Source: Octopus vulgaris
Taxonomy: Eukaryota
Direction of reading: 5' to 3'
Assembly (NCBI GenBank): GCA_951406725.2
Contig: OX597820.1
Coordinates: 31,186,001-31,250,000 of the forward strand
DNA length: 64,000 nt
The notes under the pieces were generated by a model. That model searched no databases. It saw only the letters and a program-made list of their open reading frames with translations, and was not told the DNA's origin. Shown piece by piece: positions 63,500-64,000 of the stretch (within the stretch, counting starts at the first letter, position 1; each line of letters opens with the position of its first letter). A program made the position numbers and the translations under genes.

Positions 63500-63910
63500 A
63501 AAGAGTAGAGTCAGTCCTTTTATATGGAGTTCACTAAAAAATCTGGAATCCAAGCAAGACTGAACTTGCACCTGAATGTTAAGAGCAGTCTTGAAGATAT
63601 CTTGGAGAACTCATGCCACCAAGAAACAGCTGTGTAGAGATTGCCTGCCGATCACTGCCATTATAAGGGAAAGGTGCTTGCACTTTGTAGGACATTGTTG
63701 GCATGTTAAACAAAAGATGGCAAGTGATCTACTGCTATGGATACCAGATATTGGCCATATCCAAGCAGGTCATCCCAACACAAGATATGTAGATCAATTC
63801 ACCAGAGACACTGGATACCTCCCAGCAGACTTTTCTCAACTAGTGCAGAACCAAGATAGATGGCATATGCAGGTTAAAATTATCTGAACAAGCTCAACCA
63901 GGTGATGATG
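63500..63910 (+). mobile_element. RTE-like LINE 3' fragment inserted in a piggyBac-like MITE
   Basis: ORF MLRAVLKISWRTH...RERCLHFVGHCW...DLLLW...RDTG, a (GAT)n end and a candidate TSD AATTGAAA. Confidence 0.8.
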
Positions 63911-64000
63911 AATTGAAACAAGGGTAGTGTTTTTCAACAGAAATATGGTAATAAAAGGGTCAATGCTCACACTGCCCATTTCTAGTAGGGTGGTATCAGA

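Overview
Eukaryotic, AT-rich and repeat-dense animal genomic DNA. The SINE, MITE and microsatellite landscape looks like an octopus (coleoid cephalopod) genome; that is inferred from recalled repeat sequences, not from a database search. The only host gene I can support is the 5' end of a minus-strand P4-ATPase phospholipid flippase (ATP8A1/ATP8A2-like). It has a probable first coding exon at 56419-56329 and a well-supported second exon at 21454-21334, separated by a ~35 kb intron. I could not find exon 3 (TAKY...), so it probably lies left of the window. Exon 1 sits in a CpG-retaining domain (~52.4-60.2 kb) that probably marks the promoter, possibly bidirectional. The introns hold a full-length decayed Buster/SPIN-type hAT transposon with a perfect 8-bp TSD, a decayed Tc1/mariner and a fold-back mariner derivative. 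They also hold RTE LINE 3' ends, three tRNA-derived SINE families (one forming head-to-tail arrays at ATTATTAAG-like sites), hAT, piggyBac-like and Tigger-like MITEs, a Helentron-type HINE and a 27-bp minisatellite. Several long hairpins and decayed hammerhead-like motifs are present. Most ORFs in the track are microsatellite or repeat artefacts. No CRISPR, rRNA or true tRNA genes were seen, and no novel system is proven; the findings are candidates.
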